Shown one piece after another: positions 38,801-50,452 of a stretch of DNA of 64,000 bases. Made by a program: the position numbers and the translations under genes. Position 1 is the stretch's first letter. Every line of letters begins with the position of its first letter. The stretch is from an uncultured Verrucomicrobiae bacterium. Lineage in GTDB: Bacteria > Verrucomicrobiota > Verrucomicrobiia > Limisphaerales > Palsa-1400. A model generated the notes under the pieces. The model saw only the letters and a program-made list of their open reading frames with translations, made no database searches and was not told the origin of the DNA. The stretch lies in the NCBI GenBank assembly GCA_963764165.1, contig CAVXRD010000002.1:2208001-2272000 (forward strand). Direction: 5' to 3'.

Positions 38801-41800
38801 GTTGATGATGGTCATCACCGCTTGAGTCGGGCTCGTCAGTGTCGCGCCGCCCGTGGGGTTTGACAGGGTCAGGATGACGGTCGTGTTCGGTTGCGCATTT
38901 GTCAGCTGGAGAATAGGTATGTTGAATGTCGCCGAGTTTGTATCGGAAGGGATGAATACCGTTGTCGTCACATTTGAATAGTTGACCCCCGGAACTGCCG
39001 TGCCCGCCGACGTGGTGACATCGACTGTAACGTTGTTGTAATCCCCGTTGGTTCGGATAATGGTAATGACCGCGTTCGATACGGCTTCACTGACGATGTA
39101 GTTGGTCTGAGAGAACGAGATGAAGCCGGGCCCGGTCAACGCGCTATTAATTACCAATGTTGCGCTGTTCGGGGAGGTTATGATTGCGTTGGTGGCCTGT
39201 TCCATCTCCAAATCCACCGATGTGTCCTGATAGGTCGTCGGCGAGTTGGACAGATAGATCAGCCAATAGTTAGTGACCATGCCGGGATAAAAGGTCAGCA
39301 GATTCGTCGCTGGGAGGTAGTTCACATAAGGAACGGCCGAGCCATTAGTGCCTGTGTAGACAAGCACGCTGGAGGTCGTATTTGTGTTGCCAATGCGAAC
39401 CACCGGTATTGCAACCTGGCCGACGGTGGCAGATTGGTTGAATCCAGTCGCGCCAAATTCCAAGCCGCTGTTGGAATTCGTGATTGTCACCGTGGCCTCG
39501 ACTTGCGGCCCGATTTCCTCCGTATTAGAAGGCGGATTCGTAAGCAAGAGGTTGAAACTGAGGTTCGGCGCCACAGTTACCTCGGGCAGAATCGGCACGC
39601 TGATCGTTTCAAACGTTTCACCGACCGGGAATATCACAGTGTTGGTTGTGGCGGCATAGTTCACGCCGGCAAGCGCCGTTCCATTCGACGTGTAGAAAAT
39701 AGCGGTGACATACGGCGAGCCAAATGTGCCGCCGAGCCGCTGCAGCGTGACGGTCACATTGGTTGTATTGGTGGTTGTCGATGACACTCCGTACGTCTGC
39801 TGGGCAAATTGAATGGATCCATCGCCTGCGTTTGCGCCGCCGTAAAGGCGCACATAATTGTTCTCGGGTATGTTGTCAAAGGTCGAGAAGATGCCAGCCA
39901 CATTAATTTCAAAGTTGGTCTGGATGACAATGGAATTCACTGTTCCATTTGCGCCATAGCCAAAATTGATGCTGGGATCAATCGTGCCATCCGTGTTCAG
40001 GCGGGTGATGCCGTTGCGTGTCACAGCGCTGGCTTGCGAGAAGGAGCCGCCCAGGAGAATTCGCTGCTGGTCGTCCAGCACGATCGTTTGCACTGGATTG
40101 TTGCAGCCGACTCCCACATTGAAGTTGGTGTCCAGAGTCCCGTCGGAGTTCAGGCGGGCTATGTAATTATAGGACCTATTGTCCACCGACGTGAACAGCC
40201 CACCGATCAAGATGCGCCCATCCGCTTGCACGGCAATCGCCCGCACGGATGAATTGATGTCAGAATTGACACCGTCGAACGCTGTGAAATTGGTATCAAG
40301 CGAGCCATCAATGTTGAGCTGCACCAGATGGTGGTGGGCTTGATTATTGAAGGCGGTGAAGTCGCCACCGACCAATATCTTGTTATCCGGCGTGAGTGCG
40401 ACAGCGTGGACGACCGCGTTGCTTCCAGACGCTCCAGGCCCCACGTTGAACGTTGTATCGAACGCGCCCGAATACGTAACTCGGGCAACGCCGCCCGCGA
40501 GATGGCCGTTATAGTTCTGGAAGGCGCCCACAACAATGTAATTGGTGGAGTTATTCGTTCCCGCCGTCGGCACAACCATGTTCGTGATCGCGAAGATCGT
40601 GCCGTCAGCCCCCGAGCCTGGATTGAAGGAGGTGTCTAATGCGCCATTCAACTGCAAGCGGGCTATGCGCGGACTCGCGACGGTATCGATCATGTCGAAG
40701 TCGCCCACGACCATGACATTTCCATCCAGTTGTCCGGTCTGCGGCAAATCGCTCATCACCTGCCAGATCGTATTGTCAGCCCCAGCCATATTGAAGAGGA
40801 ATCCGGTGTCGAAATAGCCATCCGGCAGCATTCTCGCCACGTAATTGTAGGGGAAGCCGTTGAAGTAGGTAAATTCACCGGCCGCCAGGATCGAACCGTC
40901 TGGCTGCAATGACAGGGAATTTACGGCGGCGTTGAATCCAACGCCGTTGAGCGTTGTCTGGTCAACCGCTCCCGCGGCGTTAATGTGCAGCTCCGGATCA
41001 AGAATTGTCAGAACCGCCGTTTCCGGGAACAGGCCCGCGATGTTTGTGGGAGTTCCGCTGAACAACCGAAGGCCCACCAAGCGATCCGCCGCATTGGTCT
41101 CGGCAACTTGATAGACGGGAACGGTGAAACTGGCGCTGCTCACTCCGGGCGGCAGCGTGAGCTGGCCGTTGGTGGCGCCATAGTTTAACCCGGGCGTGGC
41201 TGCGACATAGGGCAAGTTCGCCGATGTTAGATTAGTCAGGGTATACGTGCTAAAGTCTACGGTTTCAGTTCCGATCGTGCCGCCGCGGCGAGTTACCGTG
41301 ATGACGGCTTGGCCGCCGTTTTGGAATACACTGTAGGTGGGGGAGGAGAAGTTGAGATATCCATTTGTATCCGTGTCAATGATGGTTACGACGGCGTTGC
41401 TGGGGCTCGCCACAACCTGTTGATTCGTGAGCGGATTCGAATTCCCCGCCACTTGGGCGTTGAACAGGAAGGCCGAGAAGGTTTTTGGGCCTTCAACCGT
41501 GCTGTCTTCCAACGTCTGGAACGAAACGGTTTTGGTCGATATATCGCCGTTTGTCCACGTCAGTGTGTTTGTATATCCGATATAATTAAGTCCATTTACC
41601 GCGGTGATGTTTGTCGTTCCCACTTCGACACTGATCTGTCCCAAAGCCGCACCGGATCGGCTGACTGCCACGGTAGCTTCGCTTCCCTTAAGCGCGCTGT
41701 AGCTCGGGGATGTGAACGCCAGATGCCCAGGTTGGAAGTGGTCATCGACAATCGTCACGGTGGTGAGCGCCGGCAGAATGTTCGAGTTGGTGGTGGCCCC

Positions 41801-44800
41801 GCCTGTGAGCGATGTAATGTAGAGATAAAAGAATTTGTTGTTCTGCGGTGTTGAAAAGTCCTTGATGGGTACTTTGAAGGTGACAGGGGTGTAGCCGCTG
41901 AAAGGGCCTTCGGGCGCCGACTGCCAATAGAAATCGTTAATATTGACAGCGGTTCCGTTGGCGGACTGGACCGTGACGCTTGGCTGGCCGTAATCGCCAT
42001 TTGTGCGCAGAAGGGTTATCGTCACCGTGCCCGCGCTTTCCAACACGGTGTAGTTATTTGTGCTGAAGCCAATGATTCCAGCCGGGAAATTGCCGTTGAT
42101 GATATTCAGCGTGGCGGAGTACTGCCCCAGCGCCGGCGCCAAGGGAATTGGCACACCGCCAAGGGCAAGAAGATTGTTTCCCGTCAAGGCCAGGAAATTG
42201 AGGCCTGCTGAGATGATCGGCGCGGCGCTGGGGTCGTTGTGAATGGCCAGCTCGAGCGCCGCCTTGCCGCCGTCCCCCACTGTTTGGATATTATTGTTAT
42301 AGCCGTATTCGCCGTCTCCTTTGCGCCAGCCATACGCATCATACGGAGCCTGGGTGAGGTCCCACACGATATCGTAAAGGCTGACCGGCTGCTTCAGTCC
42401 GTAATCCGCAGAGGTTGCGGAGCTGGAGCTGTTCGGGAGGGCGTTGGTTCCCAGTGTGACTTCGAGCGGCCCAAGGCTTCCATTTGTTCGATCGATTGTC
42501 ACATACAGGTACGAGCCAGTGTCCACCACCGCGTAGGGGTTTTGCGTCATCCCGATGTTGCCCGGGCAATTGCCGATGCCGACGTTGGCAACTTCGTTCG
42601 AAGGCGTGCTCTGCACCGTCGGCCCTGGAGTTGCGTTGCCGATAATGCGGGCGACGTAGCTGCGGTTATGAACTTGCTTGCGGGTGTATCCGCCGCCGAC
42701 GCGGAGGAAATTGCCGCCAGCGACGATATTGCCATCCGCCTGCAATCCCATTGCATAGACTTGATTGCGTTGATTGGAGGACGGATAATCATTCGGGTTA
42801 TAGGCGTTGGTGTTGTAGTAATGGTTTATGAATCCGGCGAATTGATTGTAAGCCGTGTCCATGAAGCTGGTGTCCAACCAGCCGCCTTCGCCGGTTTGAA
42901 CTCCACCCCCGAAAAGAATGCGGGCCATGCCAATGCGCCGGGTTCCGTTGTAACTCGTGAACTGGCCACCCGCCAGGATGTTTCCGTCCGGCTGGATGAC
43001 TATGGAATCGACAAGATCGTCGAACCCCGTTCCCGGGTCGAAACTCGCGTCCAAAGCCCCCGACGGAGTCAGTCTGGCAATGGAATTCCGGGAGACTAGA
43101 TTGAAATTGTGAAATGTTCCGCCAAGGACGATGGAATTATCGCTTTGCGCCGCCACCGCCAGAACATTCGCATCCGCTCCAAAGCCGGGATTGAAAGTCG
43201 TGTCTAGTGCGCCGTTGCTCAAGAGCCTGCCGACATAGTTCCAGTTAGTGCCATTGAGAGTCGTGAAGTTGCCACCCAGAATAACCCTTCCAGAGGGATC
43301 GATGGCGATGGAATTAACCGGCTGTTCCGTGCCATTTGTCGTGCCTATGCCGGAGCTGGGCAGAAACGATGTATCCAGGTTTCCAGTCGGCAGGATTCGC
43401 GCAATATGGTTGCAGTTGGTGGTGTTGAAGCTGGTGAAATCGCCACCAACCAGGAGGTTGCCTGCACTGTCAAGGGCCAGCGCGTACACGCTTCCGCTGG
43501 TTCCGCCACTGAAGCCAAATCCAGTATTAAATGACTTGTCCAGCGCGCCAGTTCCCAGCAAGCGCGCGATGTGGTAGGCGGGCGTTCCGTTTACCGACGT
43601 GAAGTCCCCGCCTATGATGATTCGGCCCTGGCTGTCAATCACGACCGCCCGAACGAAATTGTCGGGGCCCCGGCCGGGGTTGAAGCTGGTGTCGATGAAC
43701 CCGTTTGTTAGCAGGCGGGCGATATAGTTGATGGAGGTCGCGTTGTAAAGGTTGAAGTCGCCGCCGATGACTGCCCGGCCGCTGGCGTCGATCGCCACTG
43801 CATTGACGTAAGAGTCCGCGCCGGGAATGTCGTTTTGCGGCGGCTGCGAGGTATTCTGGTTGTCTACGTTCCAGTTTCGGTCCACAGCGCCCCCCGGTTC
43901 GATCAGGTTGGTGGCAATGTCGTTGAAGTTAATAGTCAGTGTTGCGGTCGAGATGTTTCCCAGCGTCGTCGGCAGTGGCGCGGAGAGATCTGACGTATAG
44001 TCCCCGGTGGTTTGGTATAGCTGCAGCTCAATGTCTTCGTCGAATTCGACCGCGCCATTTTGATAGATGGGGATGTAGATATACTGCTCGCTTACGCTTC
44101 CCATGGGGAAGGTTAGCATACCGTCAACCACCATCCAATCCGGCGACACTGGCAGTGAGAAGTCGTAAGCCGCTTGATTGACGCGGTTCGACGGCACTGC
44201 GTAGTCCGATTGCGCAACCGTGGCAAATTGATTGTCATCGATAACTGTTATGCCGGGAATATGGGAATCCATCGTGTAATGCACTGTATAAGACGCGACC
44301 GCGGCGCCGATGCCTCGAAGGGTTCGTTGAACAGGAATGTCGGCGAAAATGCAATTCTTTTGGACGCGATATGTATATCGCTCGAAATTGATCTCTGAAA
44401 AGTATGGCACCAGAAATCCAAAATTGGGGTCGAATGTCGTTGGGGGGTTTGTGTATAGAATTATGGGCATTCCCCAGAAATTCAGCGTGTTCATCAGCGC
44501 GGATGGCTGCGCTATTGTTGGCGGCACAATGTCTGGATTTTCCAATGGATCCAATACCGCGTTGGTCAGGGTGAGATTCACATATGGATTCAGCCCCGAG
44601 AAGCTATAATTTAGGTCGATGGGAAGAAACGGGTTGTTCAGCTGTTCTTGGTTTAATATAAACGGGTCCCCGGGCCCAAGCGTGGGAAGATCCTCCTGCT
44701 GGGAGTTAGGCCACGGTATATGCGGCTTGTTCATGGGATATACCTGAATAAAGACATCCTGGCTCATTTGAAAGTCATCAAAGGTAAGAGTGTTCGTCAT

Positions 44801-46030
44801 GGATGTGAAATCATAGCCATCCCATGCAGAGGGCAAAACGACCACATTCGTCGTCAAGTCGCAGTAGGCGTTGGTGACCCACACCGTGAATGAACCATCA
44901 CTGTTCGACGCCTCTCCCATGTTTGAGTAGGGGAAGTTGCCAGGACATGGATAGTTGGTGAAAAAGTTTGGCAGCCCCTCGGTGGTAAGCGCCAATACAT
45001 TGGTGATGGGGGATCCTTCAACCATGGTCAGCGGGCCTTGGCCATTGGTGGGGCCGAATCCGTAGTTGGTCTGGACAATCATCTCGTCGCTATCGACCGG
45101 GATGAAGACAAAAACCCCGCTTTCATAGTTTTCGAAAAAATTAATGGCCGAAGCGTTGGTAAGGTAAATGTTGGTGTAACTAATCACCTGATTGAGCGAG
45201 GGGTCGCCGGCATAATTGGTTGTAAAATAGTTTGTGCACAGGTAATTGGTGAAAAAGATGTTCGTGTAAAGCCCGGCGGAAACGATAAAGTCCACCTCCG
45301 CCCTTCCTTGGGCGCCGCCGCCGCGCGTCACCGTTATTCGGGCGTTGGCGCTGCCGTTGGGAAGCCCAAATAGGCTGGGCGCAATGCTGTCGTTGGTGCC
45401 GCCGTCAATGACGAAATTATCAAGGCTCCCGAACAAATAGAGCGAACTCGAGAATCCGAACCCGCCGGCGGACAAACTCGGAGCCCAGTTCAACTGCACT
45501 TTGCCCTGGCTCTCGCCATCAAAGGCGTCAACGCTGCTGCCAACTTGGATATAATAGGTCGTTTCAAGTGTCGCCGGGAAATCGACGCGGCTGGTAAAGA
45601 GGTTGGAGGAAGCGTCCAGAACATTGCCCGCGATTTTGGTCAAGTTGGTGAAGGACAATGTCCCCGCTGCCTTTTGAGTGTAAACGCCGAGCATGGTGAA
45701 GAGCGGTAGGCCGCTGCTATCGACACTGCCACGGGTATTGAAATCCATCTCCGTCGTAACCGGGGCGGTCCAGGAATACCAGATCGTATTCGAGGGGGCG
45801 ACATTCGGCACAGGGTCGGGTTCCTTCGACTGGACGGTTGATTGCAGATTGGTCCCCTGGACCGTGCCGCTTAATCCCACGATGCCTTGGGCGTTGGTGA
45901 GGTTGTCGTTGGGGGGGGCCGGCTGCGCCTGGGTTTTAAGCGCTGTGCCGCCGCAGATAGCGGCTAAGGCACAAAGCGTCCAGGCGGCTTTGGCGATTCG
46001 CTGCGTTCCGCGTAAATATTCTCTTAACAT
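35845..46030 (-). CDS. Giant secreted protein with Calx-beta domains, two delta-60-like propeller blocks, a P-domain and DUF11-like repeats; split by a 1-nt frameshift at about 37176-37178 (about 3400 aa if repaired)
   Basis: Signal peptide, PPNDN..NA domain, F....Y.V.E..G...ITV.R repeats, LDTSFNPG.G.D..V..I..Q.DG.I..GG.F repeats. Removing one T gives EGPSG-SNSILMSHVGG, which matches the P-domains of the neighbouring gene. Confidence 0.82.
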
Positions 46031-46081
46031 AAATCTAACTGTCTTTCTCGGTTTTTTCGGGATGCCCCGCACTGCCGCTGT

Positions 46082-49000
46082 CTATCGGTTTTGCAATAAT
46101 ACGGTACCGCTAGAATCGGTACCAAGGAAGTATCCCCGTCCGATGCTTCCTGTGCTTATATCTGTCAAAACGACGCCCGAAATTGATACTTTCTTATTGC
46201 TCGCCGGGTCAGTAAACCAACCCGTAAAGCTGCCGGAGGAGCCGATTGTCACCGAGCTCTTCGATCCGGTGTATGTTATAAAATTCTTGGTCCCAAGCGT
46301 GTTGGTAATCGGGGCAGCCAGATCACCACCGCTGAGCGTCATTAAAATGTTTGTGTCAACGAACGGGTGGGAATTTGCGGTCAGCGTTTGCCACGGCGAG
46401 TTGGTCGTTTGCAGTATCGTTTCGAAACCGTTCGGATACAGCCTCGTGACGTTGGCCGGTTTCACCCAGGCAATGTTGGTGGAATTGATGCCATTGCTGA
46501 CGGCAGCCCAGCCGAGAACGATGTCCTTGCTGGACGAGCTGTACACATAGAAGGGCCATGCGCCGTATTTTGAGACGGGCGCGCTCGAGCTAAAGTGGGA
46601 GCCATCCGCCAGCGAGCCAGCGAGAGTCAATTCTCCTGCCTTGGTCACGGTTCCAACTCCCCAACTGTCGCCACCAGTTTCGTTGGTGGAGTCCGTGCCC
46701 GTGTCCCACGGCAGAGCGGTGACGAATGAGCCCGCGTAGGGTGACGGGTTGCTGCCCGTGTAGACGGGGCCGAAATCGGCGCTCAACGACGCAGTAAAGG
46801 AGCTTCCAGTGACAGTTCCGTTGATTTGACCACTGGTTCCCGAGGGGTCCAGCAGAAGATAGAGGGCCAAAGTTCCTGCATGCCCTTTGGCGTTCGCCGT
46901 CGCGATTCCTGCCCCGTTGAATTTGGAGTTGAAAGTGTATGTTTCCGCCCCCATTTGCAGTTTTCCTGAAAATGCGCCGCTAGAGGAGACGCTGAGCTTC
47001 ACGAGCCCGGAACTATCCGGGTCAACCACGCCGTTGGTGGCATAAAAGAGCCCCGTATATGCGCCTTCCAGCGATGGAAACGGATTCGGCACAAAGGTCG
47101 CGGCGGCATCCGTGTTCGTAACGAAATCAAATGTCACCGTCGGATCGTAATTGGTGACACCGATTCCTTGTTCCGAGACAACCCAGCTCGCAAAAAGCCA
47201 GCCCTTGGCGGGCTTGGCGGTGAGCGTATAGCTGTCACCAAGGATCACGGCGTTTGTCGCTGGCGTTGGAGTTATGGTTCCCAATCCGCGTTGCGATATG
47301 GTGAGGACATCCAAGCTGGAAGAAGACGGGCCCACCAAGTATGAAATCTGATTTGATCCAGGCGTGCAATTGCAAGGGAAGGTGTAATCGCCGGGGCAGG
47401 GTATATAGCTGGACAGGTTGCCCGGATTGTTAAGGAGGTACGGATACGGCGAGGGAGCGCCTGGCACGCCGTTGAGCATGAGCACGGTAGAGTTCGCGCC
47501 ATAGCTTGGCCAGAACGAGATGTCGACGCTGTGGGCCACCGCTTCGTTCATCAGGCAAACGATGCTGCTGTTATAGTAGGGTATTGCCAGAACGCTATTG
47601 GGGCCAACAAAATTGGGAACCCAGACCAGACCTGAAACGGTATTGGTCAATTTGTTGGGATCGCCGTTCGAGTCCGCGAAATAAATCGTCATGTTCGGAT
47701 CGATCAGAATTCCATTCCTGTAGTTGGTGTAGGCGATATTGGTTAATTCAAGATAGTCGACATACATCGCATTGCGGGCGCCCGCGCCGGTGAAGTGCAG
47801 CGTGCCGTTCGTAGCGCGATCCAGAACAAGCCGGCCGATCGTCGCGTTGTTCGTGAATCCCAGCGGGCTGGCCCCTCGGTCTTCACCTGCCCAAACGTGG
47901 TCGATCAGTTGGTTGCTTCCCGCGTAGGTGTAAATCTGCGTCCCAAACAAATCGCCCGTGGCGGGCTTCACCGGCAAGTTAAAGCCGTTGCTTACGGACC
48001 ATTGATTGCTATAGGTGGTATTCCTGATCGCTGTCGGCGTGCCGGAAAATAAGTCGCTGAGGTGGTTTTCCGCGTAAATCGTGAGAGTGCCGCTCCCCCC
48101 AAGTCCTGCCTGAATGGTTGAACCCGTTGCCTCGATATTCATTGCCGACAGATACACATCACTTCCGGCAAATATGCTGTTGGGACTGCCCGTGGCCACA
48201 CCCATGAATATATTGCTGGCTTGAATCGCAACTGAACCGGTGTTGTTCGCGGTAATAATACCATCCTGCTCTACCGTTCGCGCCTGGATCTGAGGAACAT
48301 AGGCGGTGATTTGACCATAGTTAGTTACGGTATCGACGGTGTATCTCCGTCCGACCGGTCCGCTCTGGCCTGCGTTGGGATTGAAGCCGATGTCGAGCGT
48401 GTTCTCCACTGCGAAGACCGCGTTTGTCTGGACGACGAGATTTTTGAGATTCGGCGCATTTGCAGCCACAAAGTTCTGCGCGTTTTGCGAGTTGGTGAAG
48501 TTGGTTGAGGTGATGAGAAGATTTGGCGTGGTAATGAGCGTGTTGCCGATCACGCTCAGGTTGTCGCTGATGGTGGCCAATTTTTTCCCGGTCAAGTTCA
48601 GATTGCGGATGGTAGATGGGAAGGATCCAAAAAGATTCTGGTCGACGACCGTAATGTGGTAATGCCATGTGTTCGTTAATTGGGTGGGGTCCTGTCCGAT
48701 GGCCGAAAAGAAATTTGTTTGCTGGTTCTGCCAGTTGGCCGACCAGACGTAGACATCTCCCCGGATGCGATTGAAGGTGACCGGGAAAAAATTCGCATTG
48801 GTCAGCATTCCATTCGTCGCGCCGATGGTGGCGTTGGCAACACCCCAATCGGTGCCGGTTGTGTTCGATCCGCCGAGGTTGGTGGCGTTAATTTCCACCA
48901 TGCCTTCGGCCCGAATTCGCGCCATTGTCAAGTCGAGGTTGGCCGCGTTTAACTCGACTCTCGCGGGAAGATTGGTTGGATCAGGCAGGTTCACGTTCAT

Positions 49001-50437
49001 GTAGGGCAGAAGAATTCCCGCGTCCGTCCCTGGGTTGACCATATTGGCGAAGGACCCTGTGATGCTGGATGGGTTGTAGCCTATTTGCGCTCCGTACTCT
49101 GAAATGGTAAGCGGCTCTTTGGTGCCGCTCAATGCATTTTGATCATAAATAAGGTCGCTGAGATATCCAATGTTGGTTTCGTATCCATTGGCCGGAGTGA
49201 AAAAATCCTGATCGTACCATTCTGGCGGGGTTGATGTGATGACCGCCAGTCCATTTGGCCGCATGCCTTCCGGCGTGGTGTCATTAATGGATAATCTCGC
49301 TGAGGGAAGGACGGCGCTATCGTCGATGACATAGATGGCGTTTTGGTTTGTGGTTTGGGTAATGATGTCGAAGACAGGCTCGGATATCTGAATAATGTCC
49401 TCAATCCCATATCCGTCGTTATTGGGAACCGTAAGCACATCCTGAACATAAATTGGTTCGGTGAAACCGGCCGTTACCGTAATGTTTCGCGCGTTGCCTT
49501 GATTGTAGGTCGTGTTGGCGAAGTTACTATTTACGAAAATGACGTTATAGTAAATGTTGCTGGGCGCCCCGATATAAATAACCGCCTTGGCCAAGTACTG
49601 CGAGGTGTCGAAATTGATGGGGAAGCCAGGTATAATATTGTCGCCACGGGCGGCGGTGACAATGTCAGCGGGAACATTCGGAAAATCGAATCCAGAAGTG
49701 TCCAGTGTGAGATTATTGGTGATTCCCCAATAAAGGTCATAAACGTTTATGTCCGGCACATAATAGTAATTCCCGTCTATGGCATCCCATGAAAACAGCC
49801 CTTCCAGCGCCGTCAGGTTGTAATCAGCGCTGTTTACTTCGGAGGCGGTCGCGAGCTGGCCGGCGATCAGGTTGCCGTGGTAGTTCGTAATGTTCCTGCC
49901 CGTCAGGGTGATTTCGCCGTCATTGCCAACCTGAAGAGTTCCTGAGTTGTAGATGCTGTTTGCAAGGACATCGATGTGCGAGGCAATCGGAGCGCTGGGG
50001 TTGTAGACGGGGCTGGCGGTCGTCGATCCAGGGGTGGCGTAAAAGTCAGGAACACCCTCCGTATCGAGCCCCTCGATATATCCAAAATTTTGAAAGGCGA
50101 TGGCGGCATGCCTGGAGTTCGCCGTCCCGGTGTCGAATCGGAAGCCCGGATAACCAAGCATCTGGCCGCTGCTTGTATTTGTGAAATAGAGCGTGCCCGT
50201 CGTCATATACGGAATCGGGTTGGCTCCGTATTCGTAAAGGCTGGTAACGTTGTTGGTGGGGCTGGAGCTGATGATCGTGTCGATATTGATCGTTCCAGCG
50301 TTGTAAAAAATGCGCGCGTCCACCGTGGGGGCGGTCGTCAGAACCTTATAGTTGTAAAATTCACTGGCCTTTCCCCACGACAACTGCGCCTGGCAAAGGC
50401 CAAATCCCAGCAGCAGGGTTGTCAAAAATCGTTTCAT
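46082..50437 (-). CDS. Large secreted Asn/Thr-rich protein (beta-helix-like N-region, InlB-B-repeat-like domain, C-terminal beta domain)
   Basis: Signal MKRFLTTLLLGFGLCQAQLSWG, YTLTAKPAKGWLFASW, NPF....GAYTGLF. About 1450 aa uninterrupted. Confidence 0.8.
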   Translation of the reverse strand: MKRFLTTLLLGFGLCQAQLSWGKASEFYNYKVLTTAPTVDARIFYNAGTINIDTIISSSPTNNVTSLYEYGANPIPYMTTGTLYFTNTSSGQMLGYPGFRFDTGTANSRHAAIAFQNFGYIEGLDTEGVPDFYATPGSTTASPVYNPSAPIASHIDVLANSIYNSGTLQVGNDGEITLTGRNITNYHGNLIAGQLATASEVNSADYNLTALEGLFSWDAIDGNYYYVPDINVYDLYWGITNNLTLDTSGFDFPNVPADIVTAARGDNIIPGFPINFDTSQYLAKAVIYIGAPSNIYYNVIFVNSNFANTTYNQGNARNITVTAGFTEPIYVQDVLTVPNNDGYGIEDIIQISEPVFDIITQTTNQNAIYVIDDSAVLPSARLSINDTTPEGMRPNGLAVITSTPPEWYDQDFFTPANGYETNIGYLSDLIYDQNALSGTKEPLTISEYGAQIGYNPSSITGSFANMVNPGTDAGILLPYMNVNLPDPTNLPARVELNAANLDLTMARIRAEGMVEINATNLGGSNTTGTDWGVANATIGATNGMLTNANFFPVTFNRIRGDVYVWSANWQNQQTNFFSAIGQDPTQLTNTWHYHITVVDQNLFGSFPSTIRNLNLTGKKLATISDNLSVIGNTLITTPNLLITSTNFTNSQNAQNFVAANAPNLKNLVVQTNAVFAVENTLDIGFNPNAGQSGPVGRRYTVDTVTNYGQITAYVPQIQARTVEQDGIITANNTGSVAIQASNIFMGVATGSPNSIFAGSDVYLSAMNIEATGSTIQAGLGGSGTLTIYAENHLSDLFSGTPTAIRNTTYSNQWSVSNGFNLPVKPATGDLFGTQIYTYAGSNQLIDHVWAGEDRGASPLGFTNNATIGRLVLDRATNGTLHFTGAGARNAMYVDYLELTNIAYTNYRNGILIDPNMTIYFADSNGDPNKLTNTVSGLVWVPNFVGPNSVLAIPYYNSSIVCLMNEAVAHSVDISFWPSYGANSTVLMLNGVPGAPSPYPYLLNNPGNLSSYIPCPGDYTFPCNCTPGSNQISYLVGPSSSSLDVLTISQRGLGTITPTPATNAVILGDSYTLTAKPAKGWLFASWVVSEQGIGVTNYDPTVTFDFVTNTDAAATFVPNPFPSLEGAYTGLFYATNGVVDPDSSGLVKLSVSSSGAFSGKLQMGAETYTFNSKFNGAGIATANAKGHAGTLALYLLLDPSGTSGQINGTVTGSSFTASLSADFGPVYTGSNPSPYAGSFVTALPWDTGTDSTNETGGDSWGVGTVTKAGELTLAGSLADGSHFSSSAPVSKYGAWPFYVYSSSSKDIVLGWAAVSNGINSTNIAWVKPANVTRLYPNGFETILQTTNSPWQTLTANSHPFVDTNILMTLSGGDLAAPITNTLGTKNFITYTGSKSSVTIGSSGSFTGWFTDPASNKKVSISGVVLTDISTGSIGRGYFLGTDSSGTVLLQNR

Positions 50438-50452
50438 ATGCACTCGGTAATC

